DNA of 62,640 bases, counting the filler, from Dimargaris cristalligena (taxonomy: Eukaryota): the NCBI GenBank assembly GCA_003614675.1. It is 4 parts of 4 records of this genome, joined end to end, with 100 filler letters (N's around TTAATTAATTAA, not from the genome) between each part and the next. Parts side by side here need not be neighbours in the genome. Positions count along the whole stretch, not along the records: positions 31,407 to 46,991 come from ML002883.1; 3 more parts are not named here. One strand, given 5' to 3'. Position 1 is the first letter of the stretch. The number at the start of each line of letters is the position of its first letter. The notes under the pieces were generated by a model. It searched no databases. It saw only the letters and a list, made by a program, of their open reading frames with translations, and was not told the origin of the DNA. Below are positions 32,827-46,015 of this stretch, piece after piece. The position numbers were made by a program, and so were the translations under genes.

Positions 32827-35800
32827 GGTGGGGTGGAGCAGCGGGGAGAGGGCTGCGTGTGATGACAGCGAGAAGAATGAATAGCGAACCAGTTCCTTGG
32901 TTAGGTAGGGTATAGTAGATAATCGAAGGACTGTTAAGCTACAGTGGAGGGTGGTATGAAATGGAAGAAGGAGAGAGAGAGAGAAATGCGGGGATGGTTT
33001 TTTTCAGAGAAGGGGGCAGGGGGAAGGACACTTATAGGGTAAGTGCAGACCGTGGTATAATGAGTCTGGGCTAACTACGGACAAATGCACTCACCAGCCG
33101 AGTCTCCGTTTTCCTCTTTATACTCAATGGATGTAATACCCTTTAATCCAGTTTAAAAAATTGTTCGTCATCCTTTGTAATAGCTGGGAATCACTGATCA
33201 ACCCAGCCATTTGTATAAAACCTCGGCATTCCTCCGTAGCCCTACGGCCTTTTTTCAATTGTGCGATAATAAATCATTCATCTCGTCCTCCACACTATTT
33301 TATTTCTTTGAGCCAGTCCAAAAATAATTAAAGCGAATAGACATGGTAAACCCTCGATTGGTCCACTGTGCTTTAAACTAGGATCATCAATGCCATTGTC
33401 TATTTTAGGATCATCCCGATAGTACCAAGAGTATGGGTCTCTTTGACCCATGTACCTCTTTTACTAAAATGGCGGTTAAAAGGGGAGAACAAAAGAGGGA
33501 ATAGGAAGGCATTAAAGGGAGGGGTACTGGGACTCTTAAACTACTGGACAAGGAGGATAATCCGCGTTGCTGGATCATTGAGACATTTGCCAATTGGAAT
33601 GCAATTTGTAACGACTATACCCTCCCTTCCCTGCCACACCGTTTTGTAGTAATGGTTTTAATGCAATGATAACCGCGCAAAAAGGCTCGATCGAGTAGAT
33701 GCGCCTCCAATATATGGCAATGGTCGTGTGCCCATTGCTTTCCTCCTCTCCAGTTACCTACGACAGCCGCTCCACTTGTAAGTGCGCACTCGCATTTTCT
33801 GTTCATCGTTACCGGCCTTTTTTTTATCATCGGGCACGCCCTACCGAACAGGGCTAAACAATAATGGAAACGACTTTCATAACGCTGCAGCACTTCTATT
33901 TAGATAAGGCCTGGGCTTCAATACTAATGGACAAATTTGTTCATCCCCCATTCCTGTTCGAAATCCCGACTTGGGTATTTATATTTCCACAGCTATCGAG
34001 TTAAGGTTGAGTACATGGCCCTGCCTCTATTTTGTACTTGATTAAATTAGGTGATATGTACTTGCCCCAATCCAGCCGTATCACATACTATCAATTCGGC
34101 GAGACCAATATTACCTGTTTAAAGTAAATATATCCCCCATATTCTCATATACATGTCGTCAGGTATATACCATTGGGTTGACTTCCAACTATATGTATTG
34201 CAGTTGTTAACCATTCTTAAATTGATAAGAGTGCACACTAGAAAGCTTCTATTGTATACAGTACCCGGAGATCTTTCCCCAGCATTTGCTCGATACAGGT
34301 TGGTGATTACTAGGGGGGGATAAGCTATCATTGTGGCACTGAGCATTGCAATTGGAAGCTGCTATGGGTAAGATAAGCAAAATGGTCTTGAACCTGGTAG
34401 GTCAGATTAACTGGGACGATATATGTAGAGCTCTATATATTTTGGTAAGGAGTTATTTTTTAGTGGTTATTAGGTAGACATGTCCACAGCACCTAGCCAT
34501 TTTAACCAGCGTGCAGCCGTCTAAATTATTGGCATACGTATGTACTTGTTAATGCTTTTTACATTATCCTGCGATTTCAGTTTGTTGGCCTAGATATATT
34601 TGTTTGCCACACGTATATTCTTTAACACACCCCACCTAACTTTAAAAATATGCACTATTCACAAAGAGTAAACCCAGGCAGTGGTAAGCGAAATCCAGTA
34701 ACACTGTCCACTATTGCTTCAACAAATCCAAATTTTAAGGCGCAGCGCTATTTAAAAGGCGATTTAATGAATTTGTAGAAGAGGGGCAACTATATAACTG
34801 ATTGGTAAAACACTAACTCCGTAATAGCTGATTACCATTTAAGACACCCCGAGGATGTGATGCATTTTTAACTATGGTCACTTAATGGTTCATTCATCAT
34901 CAGGATTGGAGGGATGCGGTCCACATTTGCTGATTTTTAAAGCAGTGCATCCAATAAGCCTTGATTATATAGGAGCTGAACTAGGAAATGCATATATATA
35001 TATATATATATATATTGTAAAAAAATAATAATAGTAATATAAAAATGTGGGAGTTAATGGGCTCTCGAATGGCCGTGTCACCCGATGCATGAGAAACCCG
35101 CGGAAATGTACGGCCACAATCTCACGCCTGCCTTATCCACATGGCCCCACTTTAACCTCACAGCCCACTGCATACTTGGCCTGTCACCGGGTCAATTCCT
35201 ATGGATGGGCATGTATATTCTATACCGTATCAATCATATACGCCGCCAATAGTGGTAACTAAAAGGGCCCAATTTTAATGGACTAATTTCGACCGCGTGT
35301 GGATAGTTTGCGTTATTGTTAATTAAGGTTACGCTGATTGGAATACAACCACGGCCCCAAATAAAAACCGTCAGGCGAAGCAGATAGAACCCCCTGTTGT
35401 GACCCGGGAAAAGGCAGCCCAAAGGAGAATACCTTCCCATCGCCTTGAATAATATTTGGGAGTTTAATAGTTAATCGGGGATACACGAAGGTTTTTATTA
35501 CGGTGTAGAGTGCGCGGTGGGATGTGCCTTTGTGTTCCCATCATCTATGGACGGGGAGGTGTTCCTCCTGTTATAGAAAAGGGGGAGAGTTATTTGGCCT
35601 ATTTCGTCTGGTATATTCCAATTAGGATTCCAGCTTCTTGTTGGGGCCGAATTGGTATCCCTAAATAGGTAAGAATATTGTCCCCATTGTGCGGGTGGCG
35701 GTATATATGGCCTTGGGCAAGCGATATTATCAGGAAGGACTTGCCCCAGCCGTGAGGGGAGGTTGTTCTACGGAGGTCCGAGAAAATGATCTGCCGTAAG

Positions 35801-36973
35801 ACGAGGCTGGTGCTCTGGGCCAGCTGGTTATGGCTGAATGTTTATTGATATCTCTGGAGGCCTCAACCAGCTGATTATCACGCTCTAGTCCAGGAAATAG
35901 CGAAGTGACCTATATGAAAGGCTTATTCGGAAGAAGATACCGGGAAAGGCGATATGATGTGGTGGCCGGTATAAATTCGACGGCAACAGACGGGCCTCTC
36001 CGAAGGATAATATTAGTCAATCCCGGCCGACTAGTTTTGTTCGGTTGGCATGGAACTTTCCTGATCCTCCCACCGTCTGCTTGGCACCAGTGGCTTCAAT
36101 CATCGGACTTGGGCCGGCCTTGTTTAGTATAGGTGCCGAAGGATTAGTATATGGCCCACCGGTTCTGCGGGAGGGTGGGTGTATATCCCCCGTAGGCTTG
36201 TGCCTGGGTTCTCCCCGTTCATTCTGGGTCATATGTAGCGCGCGTCCCACATCCCTTTACGTTGCAATTATATAAATCACCTGGTCCACTCCCCTGCACT
36301 ATGGCCCTTGTTTTCTTCCCTGTATATCTTTTTTTCCGGGCTCCTCAGGGTTCTTTCCCGCCCAACTGGTACACACCTATCGCTCATAATTTTACCGCTT
36401 TGTATAATAAACACCTAATATATATGTATATATATTCGGTGGACTTCTTGGCCATATCCCCCCTTCATTACTCTCACCTTTACCCGTGTTTTGTTTCATA
36501 CCATTCGCCGTGGTTACAACGGTGCTCGTCTTTTGGCTGACGAATGTTATTATACTCAGTCACTTGTCCTCTCGCCTTCCCTCATTAGCCTCACTGTGAA
36601 CCACCACCGGCCCTTCTGGACCCGCCCATGTTTTTATATTACTCTTTTCCGGATTCTACTACTGCCCGGGCCCGCTTCTCGCTCTTCTCTTTCATTCTCT
36701 TCCATTGTGTTCTACTTTGCCTCCAAATACGGCCAACCACGCCACCTGAGCTCGATTCCCTGTAGAGCTCTCTCTATCGTGTATCCTTATTATACTATTG
36801 GACCATATAGGGCAGCGGGGAAATAGCCCATTGTTGCCCCCCTCCTTAAATCCCCTTGGTCATTGGTCTGCCTCCCCACCGAGTTTTCGTTTATTCCAAC
36901 CGACCGGCGTGATTTCCCCCCCGGGCCATTCGAACAGTAGCTTCGGTTGACCCGTCCATGCCCATTTGCCACC

Positions 36974-39900
36974 ATGCCACCCCCTCCCAGCAAAGAGAAA
37001 GAATACGATGAGTTGCTCAGGTAAAGTACCCTTCCCCCGTCTTCATTCGGAAGCCCCGCGCACTTCCTGGACCTTCCCAATCCCCTAGTCGTATATGGCT
37101 ACGCCTATTTTTACCTCGCACTAGCTGTAGCACTCCAATGGCATTGGAACGTCTTCACTCGTACTATGCTAATTGACCTACTGTGTTTGTTTGTGTTTTA
37201 CCATTTGTTGAATATCCGCTCCGCCTTTTAGGGCGGCCTCGGATTTAGAGGAACGTATTACCCTTCTGAATACCCGAGCCCGCGAGACGGACGTATACGC
37301 CGCCATGGAGTGTATTTCGTCACTGAATCTTGCCCTTCCAGAGGGTCAGCTCCAACCGGTCGATATGTGGGAAATGGTTCTCCGAGAACTTACAGCACTT
37401 CGTCAAAGGTACAGTGTTTCATTCTCTACCACGGACCTTTGGGTCCGCCTGTGTGGACCATTCAGTTACAATGAAATCTGTCTTTTAAATACGGCCTATT
37501 CATTGTAATACATGGGTGGAAACCATGACACGTGGCTTGAAATACAGTTCGCTAAAGGCACACAGTTGTGAATCAACCCCCCAATGTTCATTTATCACTT
37601 GAAACGGAATCGTGACCTTTAGCGTCACGTAATCCCAGCAGCCCAGAATCAGCGGTACTTACCTCAAATACCTCCTTGCATCACATGCTGGCGCCACATA
37701 ATGCCCATACCACCTACCCAACCTCTAGATTGCAAGACACTTTTGAGCTATTGTTGGATCTTAATATCGTTTCCGCAGCCGACAACAACGTCGATGAGCG
37801 ACTGTGGAAATACGTGTTTCATGATCACGTTGAGCTTTGCCGCTACCATTTGCGCAAGGTAGGTCCTACATTTCGAAAAATAGATTGAGCTTATTAGCCC
37901 CTGGGGCTGTGTTCTTATCAACATGGCGGCCCTACAGCATAGCCCCTATTTTCCGGGCCCAATAGATAGCCCTAAGGGCAGATTGCTTGAAATTCTTCTC
38001 CAATAATCCAATAATCCTGCTGGGCTGTCTTTTAATACCCGGGTTAGAATTTCTGCACTTAACCAAATTTCCGATAATTAATCAATCCTCAATTGTGTTG
38101 AATCTCATTTCCATAATAATCAGCGGCGATCTTCAAGCAAAGACCCAAGTGGCCTCCAATCCCTCTGGTCGGTTGAGCTGCAGCGAACTTTGGACGCTGC
38201 CGCAGGATTCTATTACAACCTTCTAGTCTCCGCCACCTCAGTCAACCAACTCGATATATCCACTAGTGGTATAGGTAGGCAGCTATACTCGCTATTCCCA
38301 TACAGGGCCCCTTAACGCTAAAGCACCCAGCACATGCGTTTTGGGGGATTGCAATTTACCCAACCTTTCAAGTACGTATTACTAATATTTATCGCTTCTA
38401 CTTTCCATTCTGGACTATTTGGGCCAACCGAATTGGCTATTGCTTTTTAAAAAATCGTATCCCTCTTAGTCCTTACGGTTTCCTCCAGCCCCTGCTACGA
38501 TGTGCCAAAAAAAACCTGGTTGGTTTGTCTGCATCGTTGCCTGGTCTATATGGGTGATATCGAGCGCTACAAAATCTACCATTCATCGGATTCTCAGAAA
38601 ATACTGCACAATACAGTACCCTTGGCCAGTGACCCGTATCACAGTGCCAAGCAATTCTACTACCAAAGCATCGCCACTTACCGACAGAGTGGTAAGTAAC
38701 CGCCTAATATGTAGATGAGGCAGCACCCCCCCCCCTTCCTCCCTACCCCAACTCATTTAACCAGAAAACCCTACATGCTGTCGGCCTTTCACATCATGTT
38801 TGAGCTAACTTACCCGCCGGCCCCTATACTTGGTGTTTGACTATATGATTTAGGCCGTCCCCATGCCCAGTTAGCAATCCTTGCCGCCTATTCATCCCAC
38901 GATCTGGATGTTATCTACTGGTACACATTAAGGTGCGTTTTTGAAAGCCTGTATTCCAATCATGATTCGACATTCAACAATAACCCGCATACACCAGTCT
39001 TTCAGAGTCGGTATATGAAATACCTGGCTGTATCTAATTTAATTATATCACCAATCATTTTTGAACACGTTCGGTTATCATTCGATGTCCCTTCCTAAAC
39101 AGTTTGCTACTCCCATACCCGTCCAATAATGCATGGGTAAACACACAAAGCTACGTTAAGAGCAGTATGATACCCGGACTCAAACTCGACGAGCCATTAG
39201 AGTCAGTTCTTCGCAAGTAAGTCTATAAATTCGTGAACAATGCATATCAGCTAACCCATGGGAACCACTATATAAATACCCGGTTTTCAGCTTTCTCAAA
39301 AAACTAATCCAATTTACCCCTCGCATCATTTTTTTTTTTTCGTTTTATCTAGCAATGACTGGGACCACACCCGGATATACCTCCGATTTATCGCACAGGT
39401 AATCTGCGGGGATAGCCGATGGTAGGTCCGAGCCACAATAATAGGTCTCCGTCTATAATGGGGGGAAATCTTCCGAGAAGCCTTATGATACTACTACGTT
39501 GCATTTTGAGGACTTTTTAATGAATATTCCGAAGCGGGACTCCCTCCTACTCCAGTGGAGATTACCAAGAGAACCATGCCTGATTAATGCTTACAGATGT
39601 TAACCAATTATATTTCCTGGACTCCAATGTTATTACTCGATAGTCTTTCGGAAAGCCAAGCAGTTATAAAGGCACTCGAAAACTCGTTTACCACGTCAAA
39701 CTTGCTGAAACTGGCCAATCGGCGAAATTTCTTCGTCGATCTGGGCAAACTGATGACAATCCTAATCGGACGGATATGGGACATTTCCATGGCCATTGAC
39801 AATCCTCAAGGTAAGCCGACTTCCCAAATTGATCTACCTTTCCATCGATAGAGAGCCGATATGCTCCATTTTCCCAATACCTAAGGAGTCTCACACCTAT

Positions 39901-42010
39901 ATCCTTCCATATGGCCTCGTTGATCCCTACCACCACCCCTGCCCCTCTGCTCGCTATTAGATGGTGACTCCAAGTCGGTGCAACTTCAGATTCGGGTGCG
40001 TCTCGAGTTGGTAAACCTGGCACTGAAAACTGCCGGCTGGTTATTACTCGTCTACAAGAAAGTGGGCTACTACAACGAATCGGCCCTGCGTAACTCAGAG
40101 GCCAGTTCCAATGATGCCAAAACCCAGGCGATGCCTCGCTCTGCTTTGGCGAAGGTCGCCCCCCTGGCCCTATGGATTGATTTTTATGTCCAGCACCCGT
40201 CCATAGTAAAGGAGGTCATAGATTACGCCAAGCGGAGTTCCCAAGTCGATCGCGGTATAGGCCAGGTAAGCTTAACCTAGTTGGCTACCAATTCCAGGCC
40301 AGCCAGACTCACCATATATCAGGTAGTTATTTAGCCTATGGGTTTCTTCGCATAATAACACCCCCCGTATTAATTGTTTCTGGCCCCTAACTAATACCAC
40401 CCATATTATAATTATCCATTCCGGGTTATTAATGTACCAAATCCCGCACCAATGAATACTACTGGCTCAGGAACTCGACCGATTCACCGAATCACTCTGT
40501 GACTACTTCGAGTCATGTCTACACTACTACTCCCGCGACAAGGCAATTCAGAAACGAATCCAGAAGCCCGAGTCCGCCCACGGCGCCTGGTTGCCCCAAG
40601 ATTACATGATGCTAGGTTCCCTCGTTTTGCAGAAACTTCACTCCCAACTGCCCCTCGATGCCGAAGCGCTCGGCAAAGGGGCCTCCCCCCCAAGTGGCTC
40701 TTCGTTCGATGGATAAGCATGCCCGGCCGGAAGTGCAACGGTTCGTTACGGCTGAGCAGAATCGCTGGGTGTGCTGGCTAACCCGGGTCCACCAGTCCCT
40801 TCGGGTCAGTAACCTAACCGCAGCTCAGCTGACTACCCTCCGCGAAGTATTGGGGGAAGACCCAGGTAAACCCACGAAACCGCCGGGTCTCCCAGTTGTG
40901 ACTCCCCCTCTTCAAACTACCGCCAACAAGCTACCCGGCGGGTCCCCTACGGTTGTGGCTCCTGCCCTTGCTCGTGCCTCGCTTCCCTCACCAGCGCCAG
41001 CTCCGATCCTGGTGAATGGTGCCACTTCTAAACTCGTCGGTGCCGCCATTAAACTGATTCAACCTATCAACGCCAATGGGGACCGGCATCGGTTGCAGGC
41101 CTTGCATGAAAGCATGGCCCTCCTATCCCTATCGGCTGAGCGTAACCGCCACTACTTAATTATCCCCGATATTGATACTTGGGCCTACCATCATGTGACA
41201 TTCAAGACGTGGATGACCACCTCCCCTAATGTGACTCTCCTAATCCCAGCCACATCTGTGAAGCGCCTCGACCAACTTAAGCGTGGTTCGGATAAGCTCA
41301 CCCCCCGCGCTCGCGAGGTGATCCGCCTTTTCGACGACATCATCCGAAACCAGGCCCCGCTGACTAACCTGGGCCGGCGGGGGCCCAAACCCCTCAACGA
41401 AGGGATGGAAACCGAATTTCCGTTGGCGAACAGTATACAGTATCGGCTGTACTTTATGAAACCGGAACAGGCGTTTGCCACTTGGGACCAGGCTCAGCCG
41501 TATTACCGCCTAGGGTCATCGCCACCCGTTCATATGGCCCACCGACCAATGGACGGTTCGAAGGACGGTGGGAGTGGTGCGCTCCACCTGCGCAACGGTA
41601 GTCCAAACCGCGCTAATGGCACAAAGGCAACGGCACCAGTGGTGGCCGTCGCCCCTCATGGCGGAGCCACGCACGCTGGGCTGGCCCAAAAGCCAGGCCC
41701 TATGGGAGGGGGGAAGCCAGCCAACGGCCAGGGCAATACCTCGTCGGACACGGACTCCGATAGTAGTGATACCGATACGGACCGGGCCAATAAGCCAATT
41801 CCGGACATTTTGACCCATCGCGACGTAGCCGAAAAGTACCGTCCCTTTTTATCCGCCGTACTCTATATTAATCGCGCCAAACTTAACCCGCGCAACACCG
41901 CCACCGCCGACCAACTAACCGTCCTGGTGTGTACCAGGGACCCTGACCTAACGGCGGTTTGTACATTGTTCAATCTTGAAACGCGACCTATACACCGTAT
42001 TACTCTCTAA
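36974..42010 (+). CDS. SMG5/SMG6-like (EST1 TPR domain + C-terminal PIN) NMD factor, ~11 exons, with an apparent +1 frameshift at 40685-40691
   Basis: Exons 36974-37020, 37232-37408, 37729-37858, 38124-38274, 38470-38691, 38854-38932, 39103-39216 and later ones splice in frame. They give VDERLWKYVFH, LDAAAGFY, CLHRCLVYMGDIERY and GRPHAQLAILA (EST1/SMG motifs). PIN-like LIIPDIDTW..LLIPATSVKRLDQLKRG..AREVIR..VCTRDPDL lies in the last exon. Confidence 0.85.
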
Positions 42011-45000
42011 ATTAGCACCGGCTTTTTTCATTATTATTATTCCTTTCCGCCTGCCCTTCATTTCCGCCCCTCCTTTTTCTATTACACGTGTTTTTCTCAT
42101 CTTTCCATATTATCACCAGTAACCTGTCTTTCATTTCTTTTCTCTCTTCTGTTATTTTTTAAAATCAATCCCTCTTTTATCGTATTTCTTCTTAACGCGA
42201 ATGGTTGCCTTTATAACCCACTTCATATACGTCAAGTTCGATTTAGCTACTTTCTCTTGTGTAATTCTGTCTAGTCGCGGTGCTTTCTTCCATTACTCTT
42301 CTTGGTTTATTTTTGCTAATACCATACCTAGTTGAAATATCATTTGATACAGTTAGGATGATATAGCTTTTTCTGTTTGTTGTCACGCTGTTACATTCAG
42401 TAGTAGCGGGGTGGTGCTCTGTTCGCTTATAATCCCTGGCCTATCTTTTCCAGATAGCCTACTCCTCTCTTTCTAGCTTATTTCGAAACTGTGGCCTATA
42501 TGCAAAACCAGCCGGTCACATATCCCGATGATATTCCCAAACGCTTATACTTATAGCATATCTTGTATAAACCAGGTATTGTCATAAATATTCCCGCTGT
42601 ATTACTGATGCTGACCCTTGTGAATAGAGAAGCCCTTGGGGACTAGGGGCTGGGCCAACATGAGTGTTCAGAATCGGGAAAACAAGGTATGCAAATACTG
42701 GGCTATTAAGAAATCTTACAAGCGATGAGATAGTAAGCGTCAAATAAGTCGCCAATAGGGTAACTGGGCAATTAATTAAACCCCAGGCCAACCCCAACTA
42801 TGTAAGTACCGTGGATAAAAAAAAACTAGTGAGAGCATGTAATTTGGTGCAGACATTACATTATTCGGGTGCTCAAGGGGATAATTAGACAACTCACCAA
42901 CCAATTTTAGTAGACAGCAATTTATATATATTGAACTCTGGAAAATTTTGACTAAAAAAAACCGAGTACAAGCAATCAGTGTTAGTTGTAGACTGGTGGG
43001 GTAAAATGAGCATGGCATGGCTGATCACGTAAAGGTGAAAACGATAAAAAGGGTTAAAGGGTTACTGCAGATAGTAAACCATGCCCCCTCTAACTATATG
43101 AGCTAGATAGACTAAGTGCCCTTTTCCTTTACCCGACACTAAAAACCACTGCACGTACTCTCTAGCACTGCATAACAATAACAAATCAAATGGATATTGG
43201 TTTCAAGGACGACATCTCTTTCCTTCTGGTTACAGATGTATATTATAGTCTGAACCATCAACATGTATTGAAACAACTAGTTGGACATGCGAACAATAAA
43301 ATGCAGTCTCAGTTCAATATAGAACTATTGCAAGGTAACTTAATCCAAATTGTTACGGGTCGGACAGTTCCTCCACTGATCTTATAATAACATTCATGTT
43401 CGAAATAGTAAGTCAAAATCAGGTAGGTTATCACATAGGTCAACTGTAGCTACATACAGGGCAAAGTGGCCGACTCCGTATAGTCTGTTACTTCGTTGTA
43501 AAACAAGTGGCCGACCTCCTTTACGCATTTACAAAGGAATATTGAATATAGCCTTAGTTGGTAGCGTCTGAGCTTTTCTCAAAGATATAATATCGGCTAA
43601 GCTTATTGCAGGTTGAGATAAAAAGTGTCCCAGACATCTGTTAAAGTAGTAATGACGCTGGCCAACTTTAGGAACATAGGTAAGTTGATCACCCAAGTCG
43701 CTGACCATACTCTATTACGAACATTCACTGGGCACAAGATGTTGGAAGCAGGGTACTTCCGAGTAATTGTATGTAAATAAGGCTTTCCATATTCAGCCCC
43801 TAATGGAAAGAGGCCCTCTGGCGGGGGCAGTCAGAAATAGTGGCGAATAGGGCGAACGAATGTCCTAATCGGGTTCATTGATGCCAAAGTGGCTTGGCAG
43901 TTTTTGGCGGTGTCTCGTCTCCACCAATCCTTCAGTGATTGCCGAGTGGATTATTAGTAACTGTATAACTTGTAATTATGGATTTCAGGTATAATGTGAG
44001 GTTGCCTGCAAATTAGGAATCAGCTAAGAGCCACAGCACCGGTGATTGCCGCCGCATTCCCGCGAGGGTTCACTATAGACATTTCCACTTTCCGCAATTA
44101 AATAAGCAGCGGATTGCCTACTTTCTAGGCTAGGGCGCTGCGCAGAAAATAAAGATGTGCATACGAATATGGTATGTTCGGGTGAACGTCACAATTTCGT
44201 GGAGGTGTCCACGAATCTGCTCCGTATTTGGGCAATGAAGTTTTGTATTACATACATGGGAACGGCTGGGTTAAGATAATACAGGGGGACGTCTCGTTGG
44301 GCGAACCATAGGTAGCAGTATAATGGTTTAGCGTCCACCGGGGGTTTATTAAACTTGATTGCATCACAATGGGTGAAATAGTGAGAAAAACTAACCCTTG
44401 AACCGGTAAGGTAAACTAATGGTAGCACAGCCGGAGGCCATCAATCAATATATATGGTCACTGACTGCCTGATAGACCCCGGCTTGAACTTACGAGTCCC
44501 AATTCACATTCGATGATTCCGCGAATGTTTATTGCCAGACTCGCTTGGAATTATCTAAAGCCCCAATTGGAAGAACCTTCATCTAGTAAATGGCTGAACC
44601 ACCAAATGGCACTCACGCCTACTACATTCGTACCCATTACAAGACCTGCAGAGATTGGCCGTGTCAAAGAAGTATACAAATAAATTAAGGCGACCACATT
44701 CAGTCGATTTCCAGAGCACTCCGCCATTGGAAAATCTAGCTATAACCTGCATAACATGGTGGATTTACGAGGGACTTCGCCTTTTATAATTGATCCGAAG
44801 TCTCAGGCCTTTTGAGCAACCACATCCAATTCGGCATTCACTGGGACAAGTTTGTGTTCAGCTTTTCGACTAAAAATAGCATGGTATAATCCGACTACAC
44901 AGTCTTGATTCGGATACTCCTGACGAATTCTAAAAGTTGGGCGGAGTAGCTGGCACTCTACTAATTCTATTTGATTTCCACCACCACAGTCACCGTATGT

Positions 45001-45823
45001 GGAATTTGTATTATCCGATTCACCCACCTATAATATATTATTCTGAACTAGACCTGGGCGAGGCGGCTGATGAAACAAGGCAGTAGGCCATATTTCACTG
45101 CCCAGCGACTGGCAGCAGCCGTGAAACGCGACTGCCCACACGGAATTATGGATTATCGCACTCTAGAACACTACGGCCAATGGTTCCAACAAGGATTGCC
45201 TGTGCCAAGTCTGCCAGTGTATCGGGCCAGGTGGCCGTTTAGCCAGGGTTGTTGCTTCTAGGGGGCAATGCAGTCGAAATAGGTTGGATTTCCGAACTAC
45301 GTGGTTAGTTAAGGACGGGACCGAATAGGAAACCACATTGCCCCGAATAGCTGAAACAGTCTATACACCGCCGATCGTTTGTATGGTCAGCCAAAGTGGC
45401 GGCCAATCCACGGGTTGAGTGAATGGGTGAATTATCAGCAACACAAGGCATTTCAGCACACTGCTCAATTAGGAAGTTCAAAGGCGGAGAAATGAACGTG
45501 GGTAAGTCGAGGAACAGCGGACAAATTCTATATCCCGGTTGGCTTGTGCGTCTTATTGATCCGGTCACCCAATTCAGTTTTAGTAAGCCTGAGCACCAGC
45601 CACGGTTACAAATTGGGCCACCATGTCTGGGCCGGAGATATAGTGACTACAACCCCCTCCTCATCTATAAAAGCTGGCATTCTGCACCCCAGTTCGAACC
45701 ATCATCAATCACACCACTTCCCCTTCTATAGTTTCCAGAATCATTGTTACGCCCGCGCCAACACTGCCACTGCCACTTCCATTTCAACCCAATTTCCCCT
45801 CCCACCACGCAACAACTCCCACC

Positions 45824-46015
45824 ATGGTTTCCCTCCGCTTCGCTGCTATCACTCTCCTGGCTGTCGCCTTCGTCGCCGTTCAGGCCCACCCCGTTCAGAA
45901 AGACCTCCCCGACCTGTCCAAGCGCCAAATGGAAGGTGGCCCTGGCGACGACGGTAACGGTACCGGCCCCGGCTGGGGCTCCTGCTGGAACGGCAGCTGG
46001 TGGATGGCCTGCTAA
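45824..46015 (+). CDS. Small secreted prepro-peptide (63 aa) with a Trp/Cys-rich 29-aa mature region
   Basis: TATAAAAG at 45666 and start context ccaccATGG. Signal MVSLRFAAITLLAVAFVAVQA, pro region HPVQKDLPDLSKR, mature QMEGGPGDDGNGTGPGWGSCWNGSWWMAC. Strong C-ending codon bias. Confidence 0.8.
   Translation: MVSLRFAAITLLAVAFVAVQAHPVQKDLPDLSKRQMEGGPGDDGNGTGPGWGSCWNGSWWMAC

Noticed and set aside
42580-45030. Scattered short minus-strand ORFs (44189-44428, 44803-45027, open stretch near 43550-43810)
   Set aside because: Could be a decayed gene or TE, but I could not build a consistent spliced model or recognise a domain.
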